A stretch of DNA of 32,000 bases from Candidatus Scalindua sp. (GCA_031316235.1 JALDRA010000001.1:2820001-2852000); one strand, 5' to 3'. Positions 1 to 7,734 are shown, counted from the stretch's first letter. The notes: generated from the letters alone by a model not told the origin. Translations and numbers: made by a program.

Positions 1-1011
1 TTCGGATAGTTTTGATAACATCGAACCAAATAAAGAGTCGAGTTTGTGATCATTTTTTTGGTAATCACTATTTATGAGCCACTCCGTAAAAAAGCATTCA
101 ACTAAATTCTGATTATTTTCTGATCCAAGTAAACCATATAGGACATGGTCTAAATTATCTATGATACCTTTGTGTTGGCAAATTGTTGTAGATAAAGTCA
201 TTAATACTTCTTTAAACCAATCATCATTTGACATTTTCTCATAATGACGAAAAATAAATCTTGATATCTGGAAACTAATTTGTGGATTGTTTTTCTTTGA
301 TAGATCTAAAAGCCGAGCTTTAACTTTATCGCCTAAATGGCATAATTCTCCAAGTGAACAAGTAATAGCCTGGTTTATAGGCTCAGAATCGTTCGCTAAT
401 AGCCTATCAAATACATTTAATGTTTTTTCGATAATCTCCTTATCATTTTCAATATTATATTTTAAATTTCCTAGTACAATAACAGCCCCCTGCACGACTG
501 GTTCTTCACTATGAGATAGGAGAGTCAATACTTCACTATGAAGGTCTTCGATCTTAATGTCAGGTAAATTTTCATAAATGTTAGATATATATCCAGCAAC
601 AAAAGGCTCTCCAGTATTTATTAAATTATCAAGTAATGTTCGTGCCACACTTGGCTGTTCTTTAGCTAAATTTGCAATCGGCTGATACTGACGACCTGAC
701 ATTAGGTCATTTTGCATACCGTTAAAAATTTTAGAAAGGTAATTAGTCGTAGATTTGACATTAATTTTCAGTAGAGGAATAGCATCTTCCAAAACAAAAT
801 GAGCATCAAAACAACTAAACCCTTTATCTATGGCTTTTGCTGCTAAGTCACATATATCGGCATTGTGTTGTTCTATTAATTCAAGGATTATTGCAGTAGT
901 TTTTTTGTTTTCTGATTTAATTTCATCACGCCAAATATTTTGTAGCTGTTTGAACAACTCAAACGGATCATTTTTATATTTGTCTATATTATCAATCGCA
1001 TTATCAGACAA
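1..1011 (-). CDS. hypothetical helical-repeat (HEAT/ARM-like) protein, N-terminal ~337 codons; 3' end lies beyond the left edge of the window
   Basis: Absent from the ORF track because it has no stop codon in the window. The reverse frame is open from TTG at 1011..1009 down to base 1. An AAGAGGTG Shine-Dalgarno sits at 1017-1024 and an in-frame TGA lies just upstream. The translation begins LSDNAIDNIDKYKNDPFELFKQLQNIWRDE and contains repeated units such as EEPVVQGAVIVLGNL and SEPINQAITCSLGEL. GC is about 30-33%, against 40-45% in neighbouring genes. No family was recognised by eye. Confidence 0.55.
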   Translation of the reverse strand, partial: MSDNAIDNIDKYKNDPFELFKQLQNIWRDEIKSENKKTTAIILELIEQHNADICDLAAKAIDKGFSCFDAHFVLEDAIPLLKINVKSTTNYLSKIFNGMQNDLMSGRQYQPIANLAKEQPSVARTLLDNLINTGEPFVAGYISNIYENLPDIKIEDLHSEVLTLLSHSEEPVVQGAVIVLGNLKYNIENDKEIIEKTLNVFDRLLANDSEPINQAITCSLGELCHLGDKVKARLLDLSKKNNPQISFQISRFIFRHYEKMSNDDWFKEVLMTLSTTICQHKGIIDNLDHVLYGLLGSENNQNLVECFFTEWLINSDYQKNDHKLDSLFGSMLSKLSE

Positions 1012-1050
1012 AATTACACCTCTTCATGTTTATATCGTAAGCTAACAAGC

Positions 1051-1172
1051 AATTCGCCCCGCCTGCGGCGGTGCGAATGCGGAGTTGAGGAACAACGGTT
1101 TGTGCCGCCACAGACGGGGCGAACAAGGAGTTTGAACAGACATCCATTTTCAATGTTGCTCCTCAACTCCGC
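1051..1172 (-). promoter_or_regulatory. GC-rich structured leader RNA with three mutually exclusive helices (putative attenuator / riboswitch-like switch) upstream of the 1..1011 ORF
   Basis: Helix A pairs 1053-1071 with 1105-1123 (19 bp). Helix B pairs 1079-1096 with 1155-1172 (18 bp). A local hairpin spans 1052-1078 and is followed on the minus strand by UGCUUGUU. The helix arms are interleaved with 7-8 nt linkers. The three imperfect pairs (1062:1114, 1066:1110, 1092:1159) are C/A mismatches on the plus strand but G.U wobbles on the minus strand. Confidence 0.4.
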
Positions 1173-1250
1173 AATAACCAGCTTCTGAATAACACCACTA
1201 TTGCGAAGATATCCAAATAAACCTGTATGTTTAAAGAAAACAGAACATAA

Positions 1251-1285
1251 TCCGCCCTTATCGGACGGGAATTAACTTTTTATTT
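1251..1285. terminator. possible bidirectional intrinsic terminator (imperfect hairpin tccgccc-ttatc-ggacggga with T-rich flanks on both strands)
   Basis: The stem at 1251-1270 is about 6 bp with one mismatch. It is followed by attaactttttattt on the plus strand and attatgttctgttttcttt on the minus strand. It lies between the hom-apgM unit and the AT-rich ORF. Confidence 0.3.
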
Positions 1286-1342
1286 GCAGGTTTACCAAAG
1301 GTTTTATAACCTACTCACATCTAATAATTCAAGAGTTTTCTA

Positions 1343-1483
1343 TTATGAATCTAAATATTTCCCCTTAGAGGCCACAATGTGTGACCTTAAAGAGTCGTAC
1401 TCATCTTTTGTAAGTTGAAACATAAAATCATCGGGGAAACGCCCAATATTTCTTTTGACCGCTTGGTTAAGCACCTTTGTTTC
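1343..1483 (-). pseudogene. ORF6N (KilA-N-related) domain protein fragment
   Basis: The reverse frame reads [46 protein letters not shown]. This matches the conserved core I recall for ORF6N-domain proteins (..[20 protein letters not shown]...L.S..). An in-frame TGA lies immediately upstream, there is no start codon, and only about 46 codons remain. Confidence 0.5.
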
Positions 1484-1547
1484 TAGTCAAATAATAGACC
1501 TGACGTTCTTTGCCTCTCATTTGTTGATCATCGGTGGTGATAAGATA

Positions 1548-2750
1548 TTACGAAGAGGAGAGTGTGCCTTCGATAAAGTGCCTCATTAAGGTATGTCCCT
1601 TGTGAATCTCGATATTGGTGCGTGCCGCGTTTGACTCTGAAAAGGCGAGATTACTTTTTTTGTGTAAATCGGTCCCATACATGGCAAAGGGTACAGGCTC
1701 TTTTGTATGCGTTCTCTTTTGTATGGGGGTGTAATGGTCGGGGAGAATAAGAATCCGGAACTCATTAAACTTTTTTAAAGCATTATGGACAGGGCCGGCG
1801 ATCTTACTGTCGATGTTTTCGATGGCACGGATTTTCTCTTCAACATTTCCTTCATGACCTGCCTCGTCCGGGGCTTCTATATGAATCAGCACGAGATCAT
1901 GAGTATTAAATGCTTCAATTGCATAGTGTGCTTTTTCCTCATAGTTGGTATCTAGATATCCAGTGGCTCCCGGCACATTGATTATGTCCCAGCCAAGAAA
2001 TACCCCGAGACCTTTCAGTAAGTCAACTCCTGTTATGACGGCACCGGAAATATGATAGAGATCTTTAAAAGAGGGCAGGGCTGGCTGCTGACCTTGTCCC
2101 CACAGCCAGATCATGTTCGCCGGTTTCTGGTTAAGATCGATCCGCAGATTATTTACGCGGTGATTTGAGAGCACCTCACATGATTTCATCATCAAATCAA
2201 TTAAAATCTCTCCCCCGTTTCCTCTTGGTAAGTTCGATTGTATCGATTTTCCAATAATATCGTGAGGCGGTGTGCATTCGGCTTCTATCCTCTGATTACC
2301 ACGGTAAATGAGAATATTTCGATAACTCTTGCCGGCATGGAACTCAATAGTGTCGTTGCCCAATTTCTCATTCAGCGTTGAAATGATGCTGGCCGCTTCT
2401 TTATTCGATATATGGCCGGCAGAAAAGTCTTCAAGGATATCATTGTTTCTTGTTATCAGGTTACAACGGACTGCCCAGTCCTGTTTACCCAACTTGATAC
2501 CAAGGCTTGCTGCCTCAAGCGGTGCCCGTCCTGTATAGTAGACTGCAGGGTCGTAACCTAATACCGAGAGACAGGCGATGTCACTTCCGGGTGCAAAGGC
2601 TTCAGGAACGGTGTGGACAAGTCCTGTTAATCCATGACTGGCGATATTGTCGAAATTTGGTGTCTCTGCTGCCTCAAGAGGTGTTTTTCCTCCAAGCATT
2701 TCGAGTTTATAATCTGCCATTCCATCGGGGATTATGATACAGTATTTCAA
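1548..2750 (-). CDS. apgM: cofactor-independent phosphoglycerate mutase, archaeal type (ApgM family metalloenzyme)
   Basis: The ORF track gives 1548..2795. The N-terminus (M)KYCIIIPDGMADY...TPLEAAETPNFD and the motifs HIEAPDEAGHEG and LPDHYTP are typical of ApgM. I place the start at TTG 2750 (AGGGAAAG upstream), which gives the usual MKY..PDGMAD N-terminus. ATG 2795 is the alternative start. Confidence 0.85.
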   Translation of the reverse strand: MKYCIIIPDGMADYKLEMLGGKTPLEAAETPNFDNIASHGLTGLVHTVPEAFAPGSDIACLSVLGYDPAVYYTGRAPLEAASLGIKLGKQDWAVRCNLITRNNDILEDFSAGHISNKEAASIISTLNEKLGNDTIEFHAGKSYRNILIYRGNQRIEAECTPPHDIIGKSIQSNLPRGNGGEILIDLMMKSCEVLSNHRVNNLRIDLNQKPANMIWLWGQGQQPALPSFKDLYHISGAVITGVDLLKGLGVFLGWDIINVPGATGYLDTNYEEKAHYAIEAFNTHDLVLIHIEAPDEAGHEGNVEEKIRAIENIDSKIAGPVHNALKKFNEFRILILPDHYTPIQKRTHTKEPVPFAMYGTDLHKKSNLAFSESNAARTNIEIHKGHTLMRHFIEGTLSSS

Positions 2751-2792
2751 AACTTTCCCTTGAAAATTGCTAAAAAATACAATGGAAACCCA

Positions 2793-2918
2793 CAAGTTGA
2801 ACGAAAACTGCCCAGAGACAAGGCGCGTAAAAATTTCGCAACCGGAACGTACGCTAGTACGTGAGGATTAAGAAATTTTTACAGCAACGCAGCAGGTGGA
2901 CAGTTTTCGTTCAACTTG
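2793..2918. repeat. 126-bp nested palindromic element (MITE-like or long structured intergenic hairpin) between hom and apgM
   Basis: The outer arms 2793-2810 / 2901-2918 form a perfect 18-bp inverted repeat, or 22 bp with one mismatch. The middle arms 2827-2837 / 2872-2882 are a perfect 11 bp. The inner stem is 2847-2852 / 2857-2862 (6 bp, 4-nt loop). All three are centred on about 2855. Confidence 0.7.
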
Positions 2919-4215
2919 ATGCTTCTTCGACTCGAAGAAACCTGGTTTTTCCTTTCACGACATCAAGGTTGTTAATCTCAATCATGGCTTTTTGCAGATT
3001 TCCTTCTTCAGCCAGGTGTGTCATCATTACAAGAGGGGCTAATTTGCTTTCTCTCGAATCCTGTTGTATTACGGATGAAATACTGATGTTATGATTGCCC
3101 AGTATTCCCGTAATGCTCGCCAAAACTCCCGGTTTATCGATAACAGTAAATCTGAGGTAGTACCGTGTCTTTATCATCGATATATCGAGAATATTGATTT
3201 TTTTACAATTACCCGAGAGCGATTTAATCGATTCAAACGTTATCCTGGCCCTTCCGAGCGAGACGTCAATAAGATCTGATACTATGGCACTCGCGGTAGG
3301 CATTCTCCCGGCTCCCTGACCATAAAGCATCGATTCTCCTATTGCATCTCCACGAATGCAGATTGCATTGAAAACACCGTTTACTGATGATAAGGGATGG
3401 TCGTGAGGTAATAAAGTGGGGTTTACCCTGATCTCTAAACCATTTTCCCTTTGTTTAGAGATAGCAAGTAGTTTAAGGGTATATCCCAGTTCCTGGGCAT
3501 AATATATGTCCTTTAGTTCCACATTGCTGATACCTTCAACATAAACATCTGAGTAGTTAAAGTCACAATTAAATCCCATCCTTGCGAGGATGGTAAGTTT
3601 GTGGGCTGAATCGATTCCGTCAACATCGGTTGAGGGGTCCTTTTCCGCATATCCTTTTGCTTGTGCATCCTTTAGTGCTGTTTCATATTTTACGTGTTCT
3701 TGAGTCATCTTTGTTAACACGTAGTTTGTAGTACCGTTTATGATACCATAAATACCATGTATCTTATTTGCAATAAAACTGTCCCTGAGAGAAGCCACTA
3801 CCGGTATGCAGCTCCCGACACTGGCCTCAAATGAGATGCTCTTACCATTCTTCTGTGCTATTTGAAAGAGTTCTGAGCCATGAAGTGCCAAAAGTGCTTT
3901 ATTGGCAGTAACAATGTCTTTTCCTTTCTCTAGCCCCTTTATTAAAATTTCCTTAGCAGGATGGATACCCCCGATCAATTCTACAATTACCTCTATTTCA
4001 GGGTTATTGATTATCTCATTGAAGTCATGCGTGACAATTACGTTATGCGGGAATTGTATAGTTTTCTTTTTATCGATGCTCCTGTCTGCAACACCTGCGA
4101 GGTTGATTCTTTTATCAAGTTTGTTTGCAAATATTGGTGGATTTGACAGGAGTATTTCTGCAACGCCCGATCCTACCGTACCAAGCCCGATTAGGCCAAT
4201 GTTCGATGTTCTCAT
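2911..4215 (-). CDS. hom: homoserine dehydrogenase with C-terminal ACT domain
   Basis: The ORF track gives 2911..4305. The canonical N-terminus MRTSNIGLIGLGTVGSGV (NAD-binding GxGxxG) starts at ATG 4215, so the 30 upstream codons are probably not translated. The central catalytic domain and the C-terminal ACT-like region (YYLRFTVIDKPGVLASITGILG) are present. Confidence 0.9.
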   Translation of the reverse strand: MRTSNIGLIGLGTVGSGVAEILLSNPPIFANKLDKRINLAGVADRSIDKKKTIQFPHNVIVTHDFNEIINNPEIEVIVELIGGIHPAKEILIKGLEKGKDIVTANKALLALHGSELFQIAQKNGKSISFEASVGSCIPVVASLRDSFIANKIHGIYGIINGTTNYVLTKMTQEHVKYETALKDAQAKGYAEKDPSTDVDGIDSAHKLTILARMGFNCDFNYSDVYVEGISNVELKDIYYAQELGYTLKLLAISKQRENGLEIRVNPTLLPHDHPLSSVNGVFNAICIRGDAIGESMLYGQGAGRMPTASAIVSDLIDVSLGRARITFESIKSLSGNCKKINILDISMIKTRYYLRFTVIDKPGVLASITGILGNHNISISSVIQQDSRESKLAPLVMMTHLAEEGNLQKAMIEINNLDVVKGKTRFLRVEEASS

Positions 4216-4533
4216 GTTTGTGGTCTCTGAACGTTTAAAAGGTTTTATTGAAGGCGAATAATAGCAAACATTTTGCGTCTTATCAACAAATTTGATTGTA
4301 AACATCTCTGATTTCAGGACTTATTGGAGTTTTGTGAATGTTTTTTTCTTGCCATGTCCCATTCTCTTTGGTACTATCACGAAAATACACAAGTACAATA
4401 AGGTTTAATTTCCAAATGCGGCATATCTGTTTACAACTGGTAAAGATTTTATGGGATGTGTAATATCTAATGTATAACTTGGGTTTTGCCTTGGTTACTT
4501 TTAAGTATGGTGCCTGGGGGAGGATGAAGCTTC

Positions 4534-5460
4534 ATGGTACTGTTGAAGAATAGAGACATTATTTCTATTTTAGACTTTACAAAGGAGGAGATATCATACA
4601 TCCTGGATCTGTCCAAAAAAATGGATAAGCAACGCCACACTGATTTATTAAAAGGAAAAATACTTGCCAATCTGTTTTTCGAACCTTCCACAAGGACAAA
4701 ATTAAGCTTTGAAACAGCAATGAAGAGGCTGGGAGGGGACGTTATTGGTTTTGATGATCCGGATAAAACTTCCACGGCAAAGGGTGAATCTTTAAAGGAT
4801 TCGGTGAAGATTGTTGAAGGGTATTGTGACATAATAGTCATACGACACTTCCTTGAAGGTGCGTCCCGTCTCGCTGCTGATACGGTTAATGTGCCCGTTA
4901 TCAATGCGGGTGATGGTGCGTGTCAACATCCTACCCAAACCTTTCTGGATCTTTACACAATCAAGAACACAAAAGGTGGGCTTGAAGGTTTGACGGTTGG
5001 TTTTTTGGGAGATTTAAAGTATGGGAGAACGGCGCATTCTCTGGCATATGCTCTTGCCCATTTTAATGCAGAGATGTTCTTTATCTCTCCTCCCAGTCTG
5101 AGAATCCCTAAAGACTATATCGAGCAGTTACAATCGAGGGGAGTTTCTTATCATGAAGTAGACTCCTTGTCCGAGGTAAGCAGTAAGCTCGATATTCTTT
5201 ACTGCACAAGGATACAAAAGGAGCGGTTTGCAGATCCGGTAGAATATGAAAAGGTCAGAGGTATTTATAAGCTGAGCAGGACTGTTTTGGACAACCTTAA
5301 GATTGGTAATGATCTCAAAATACTTCATCCTCTTCCAAGAGTAGAAGAGATGGATGAAAGTCTGGATTCAACCGATTATGCAGTCTATTTTCAGCAGGCG
5401 CATAGCGGTGTTCCTGTAAGAGAAGCATTACTGGCAGCATTGTTGGGTGCTTTACAATGA
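4534..5460 (+). CDS. pyrB: aspartate carbamoyltransferase catalytic subunit
   Basis: The motifs FFEPSTRTKLSFE, HPTQ and HPLPR are present. A GGGGGAGGA ribosome-binding site lies 9 nt upstream of the ATG. The stop overlaps the pyrI start (ATGA). Confidence 0.93.
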   Translation: MVLLKNRDIISILDFTKEEISYILDLSKKMDKQRHTDLLKGKILANLFFEPSTRTKLSFETAMKRLGGDVIGFDDPDKTSTAKGESLKDSVKIVEGYCDIIVIRHFLEGASRLAADTVNVPVINAGDGACQHPTQTFLDLYTIKNTKGGLEGLTVGFLGDLKYGRTAHSLAYALAHFNAEMFFISPPSLRIPKDYIEQLQSRGVSYHEVDSLSEVSSKLDILYCTRIQKERFADPVEYEKVRGIYKLSRTVLDNLKIGNDLKILHPLPRVEEMDESLDSTDYAVYFQQAHSGVPVREALLAALLGALQ

Positions 5461-5906
5461 AAAAACTTGAGGTGTCAGCAATTGAAGAGGGTACGGTAAT
5501 AGATCAGATTGCCAGCAAGAGTACTTTTAAGGTTGCAAACATACTGGATATCCAGAATATCGATCAGGTTGTTCTGGTCGGTGTTAACTTGTCCAGTAAG
5601 AAGTTGAACAAAAAAGGGATCATAAAGATTGGCGGGAAGCAACTTACCCAGGAAGAGGTTAACAAGATTGCTTTGATTGCTCCGGATGCCACCTTGAACA
5701 TAATCAAGAATTCTGAAGTTGTGAGAAAATTTCAAGTTGCGATTCCAGATACACTAGAGGGGATTGTCAGGTGTTTTAATCCAAACTGTGTGAGCAACCA
5801 TCAAATGATTCAAAGTAAATTTCATGTAATGAATAAAAACCCCATAAAGATTCGTTGCTATTATTGTGAACGTCATATGGGGGGAGATGATATAGAGCTG
5901 GCTTAG
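5457..5906 (+). CDS. pyrI: aspartate carbamoyltransferase regulatory subunit
   Basis: The product is 149 aa. The C-terminal zinc domain has four Cys (CFNPNC...CYYC). The gene is translationally coupled to pyrB. Confidence 0.9.
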   Translation: MKKLEVSAIEEGTVIDQIASKSTFKVANILDIQNIDQVVLVGVNLSSKKLNKKGIIKIGGKQLTQEEVNKIALIAPDATLNIIKNSEVVRKFQVAIPDTLEGIVRCFNPNCVSNHQMIQSKFHVMNKNPIKIRCYYCERHMGGDDIELA

Positions 5907-6071
5907 GAGTGAACCTGTCTTTTTTGGAAAGCGATACCTTTTGGTTTAAAAAGACGATCTGTTTTTTTGTGTTATTGCTGGAATTAGTATCTGGAAAAAA
6001 TATCACAATCAAAAAAAGTGAACCAGATTGTAGTATATAATCAACAATTGTTTAAATATGGAGGGAATGAG

Positions 6072-6740
6072 ATGTCAGGTGCAGATAAATCTTTTACGAA
6101 GAGACTCAAACACGATATTAATCAAAAGAATGCTGTTCGGAGTGAAATAGAAAGGCTTGTTCTGGTTGTGAACCGCTGGAATAATACCCTATCAAAATCT
6201 AAGTCTTTTCAGGAACAGAGTAAATATGGCGCCTCAATAAAGCGTTATATTTCAAAGATCGAGTCCCTTCGTTCTCAACTGGCTAAAATGAACGACGGGA
6301 TTGACAGGCGGATATCTGAAACTTCTGCATACTCGACATCAGAAGTAGAAAATTTCAAGTCTCAGCTGGGAAAAGAGGTGGTTGCTCTGGTAGCTGATGA
6401 TAATTCAGAGAAGAAACTGCCTGTAAGGAAACAGTCTGTTAAGAAGCGATCTCTCAAGAAACGGGAGACTGCAGGGGGGAAAAAATCCAAATCGAAACAT
6501 GCTGGATTAACAGGAACAGACAGGCTGCTGAGAAAAATAGCGAAGATGAGAACAGGGATAGATGATAATATTACTGAAACTGCACGTGTGACCGGGCAAA
6601 TATTACAACGAAACCGACAGCTAGGGGTGGTTGGTAAAGGATTAAAGCCTGAAGGGTTGACTGCTCAGGAGAGGAACAGTAATCTGTTTACCCAGGAACT
6701 GAAACGTATCGAACGTGAAAGGTTGGTTTTTGGGTCTTAA
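6072..6740 (+). CDS. hypothetical Lys/Arg-rich coiled-coil protein
   Basis: The ORF track gives 6018..6740. An internal ATG at 6072 is preceded by GGAGGGAATGAG, a strong Shine-Dalgarno. The sequence is low-complexity and basic (KKRSLKKRETAGGKKSKSK). No family was recognised. Confidence 0.5.
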   Translation: MSGADKSFTKRLKHDINQKNAVRSEIERLVLVVNRWNNTLSKSKSFQEQSKYGASIKRYISKIESLRSQLAKMNDGIDRRISETSAYSTSEVENFKSQLGKEVVALVADDNSEKKLPVRKQSVKKRSLKKRETAGGKKSKSKHAGLTGTDRLLRKIAKMRTGIDDNITETARVTGQILQRNRQLGVVGKGLKPEGLTAQERNSNLFTQELKRIERERLVFGS

Positions 6741-7134
6741 GTCTAGCCTCTGAAATAGTAAGCAGTGGAGTTGTTTTGTGAGAGTTAAAAAGTGTACGCT
6801 CTTTTAAGCGCAGGGAGTCTCTCCTCATAATTCGGCTCAGGGAAAGTCTCTGGGCCGATTATTAAAGGGGGGGGGAATCAATTGTGAAGGAAGACCTCTT
6901 GTGTGGAATTGAGAACCATTTCACCTTGGCTGCCATCCGGAGCAGTTGCTTCGTTTCAATTTTTTTTGAGAGATTTTTTCAGGGTTTCATTTTTCGTTAT
7001 TCATCTGATAACAAAAGGGGATATTGTTATCTTTTCAATAGTTTGACGCTGTTCCTGGGAATGGTTTACGGGTTTTACTGTGGCCTGTGTGTGGATTTTT
7101 GATTTGTTCTCAGCACCCTGTTCAGCAAGCTGTC

Positions 7135-7220
7135 TGGTGGGCGGAGAGGGAGTCGAACCCTCACCCCCTTGCGGGGAAGGGATTTTAAGTCCCTCGTGTC
7201 TGCCATTCCACCACCCGCCC
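7135..7220 (-). tRNA. tRNA-Leu (anticodon UAA), class II with long variable arm, CCA encoded
   Basis: A hand-folded cloverleaf fits. The acceptor stem is GGGCGGG/UCCGCCC and the D stem is GUG/CAC. The anticodon stem AGGGA/UCCCU carries the loop CUUAAAA. The variable arm is CCCC-GCAA-GGGG and the T arm is GAGGG-UUCGACU-CCCUC. The 3' end is ACCA. Confidence 0.85.
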
Positions 7221-7239
7221 CTCCAAAGACAATAAATAA

Positions 7240-7312
7240 AGGCGGCACTGGGATTCGAACCCAGGATAACGGATTTGCAATCCGCTGCCTTAGTCCACTT
7301 GGCCATGCCGCC
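7240..7312 (-). tRNA. tRNA-Cys (anticodon GCA)
   Basis: A hand-folded cloverleaf fits. The acceptor stem is GGCGGCA/UGCCGCC with discriminator U. The anticodon loop is UUGCAAA. The T arm is CUGGG-UUCGAAU-CCCAG. No CCA is encoded. Confidence 0.85.
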
Positions 7313-7394
7313 ATATTTATGGTAAGGGTACTTGAACGCATATGACGGTGAGATGTTATTGCGTGTCAAATCTGTTTTGTCCCCAAAAACCTAT

Positions 7395-7507
7395 TATACT
7401 AAAACCAAATCTTGGTTGCTGGTATCCCCGGACAAAAAGCGCCGAGGACTTGTACTCGCTCAATTTTATCTCGGATTTTATCCGAAAACCATTGTAAGAT
7501 GAGTATA
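7395..7507 (+). repeat. MITE-like dispersed repeat, copy 1 (variant with left-arm deletion and 28-bp internal module)
   Basis: This copy aligns with copies at 18462-18574 (reverse), 21246-21357 and 27752-27863. It is bounded by TATACT...GAGTATA. It lacks the segment GATTTGGTTTTCGGTTTTTCTGGAAACC and carries the insert CCCCGGACAAAAAGCGCCGAGGACTTGT. Confidence 0.8.
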
Positions 7508-7603
7508 TTTTTGCTGCAGTTGTGTTGAGACAAGGGGTGATTATATAGGAATTGCTTTTTGTGTGTCAAGGTTTTTCCTGTTTTAACTCAATGCAAAAAA
7601 TAA

Positions 7604-7729
7604 AATGAAATCGAACGAGCTGGACGACCTCTTGGAAATGATGGATTTTTAACCCGTCTCGAAAAGTCTATAGATAGGTTACTCAAACCCAAAATACCAG
7701 GGCGAAAACCAAAGAAAGACAAAAATTAG
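7604..7729 (+). pseudogene. C-terminal fragment of a Y1 (IS200-like / REP-associated tyrosine) transposase-type protein
   Basis: The frame reads NEIERAGRPLGNDGFLTRLEKSIDRLLKPKIPGRKPKKDKN*. This resembles the conserved tail (GRPxG...F...LE...GR.LKP.K.GRKPK) that I recall in Y1_Tnp-family proteins. A stop codon lies directly upstream and there is no N-terminal domain. Confidence 0.4.
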
Positions 7730-7734
7730 GTATG

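Noticed and set aside
287-1045. Plus-strand track ORFs 287..514 and 830..1045
   Set aside because: They are short, Ser/Phe/Ile-rich and antisense to a much longer open frame on the minus strand (1..1011) that has a good Shine-Dalgarno. They are shadow ORFs in AT-rich DNA.
1051-1172. Retron msr/msd, integron attC, IscB/TnpB omega-RNA or tRNA-like interpretations of the GC-rich structured block
   Set aside because: - **Retron.** A retron ncRNA needs terminal a1/a2 pairing that encloses the hairpins. Here the two long helices are interleaved, and the downstream ORF shows no RT motifs in its first 337 codons.
- **attC.** No RYYYAAC/GTTRRRY core sites are present.
- **Omega-RNA.** The downstream protein has no RuvC/PLMP-like N-terminus.
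- **tRNA-like.** No cloverleaf or T-loop is present.
2751-2795. N-terminal extensions in the track ORFs: apgM from ATG 2795, hom from ATG 4305, the PMI-like gene from ATG 9657 and the hypothetical from 6018
   Set aside because: The extensions add non-conserved residues ahead of canonical family N-termini. For the PMI-like gene the extension would overlap purN by about 100 nt. Internal starts with better context were preferred, but they remain unverified.
6867-6875. G9 homopolymer tract in the 6741-7134 intergenic region (possible phase-variation tract)
   Set aside because: It is not positioned within a promoter spacer or a coding sequence of any supported gene. It lies about 260 nt downstream of the tRNA-Leu 3' end.
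7001-7369. Track ORFs 7001..7369 (122 aa) and 7075..7341 (88 aa) on the minus strand
   Set aside because: They are read straight through tRNA-Leu and tRNA-Cys. Their Gly/Pro/Arg-rich translations are what structured-RNA sequence produces, and they have no ribosome-binding site.
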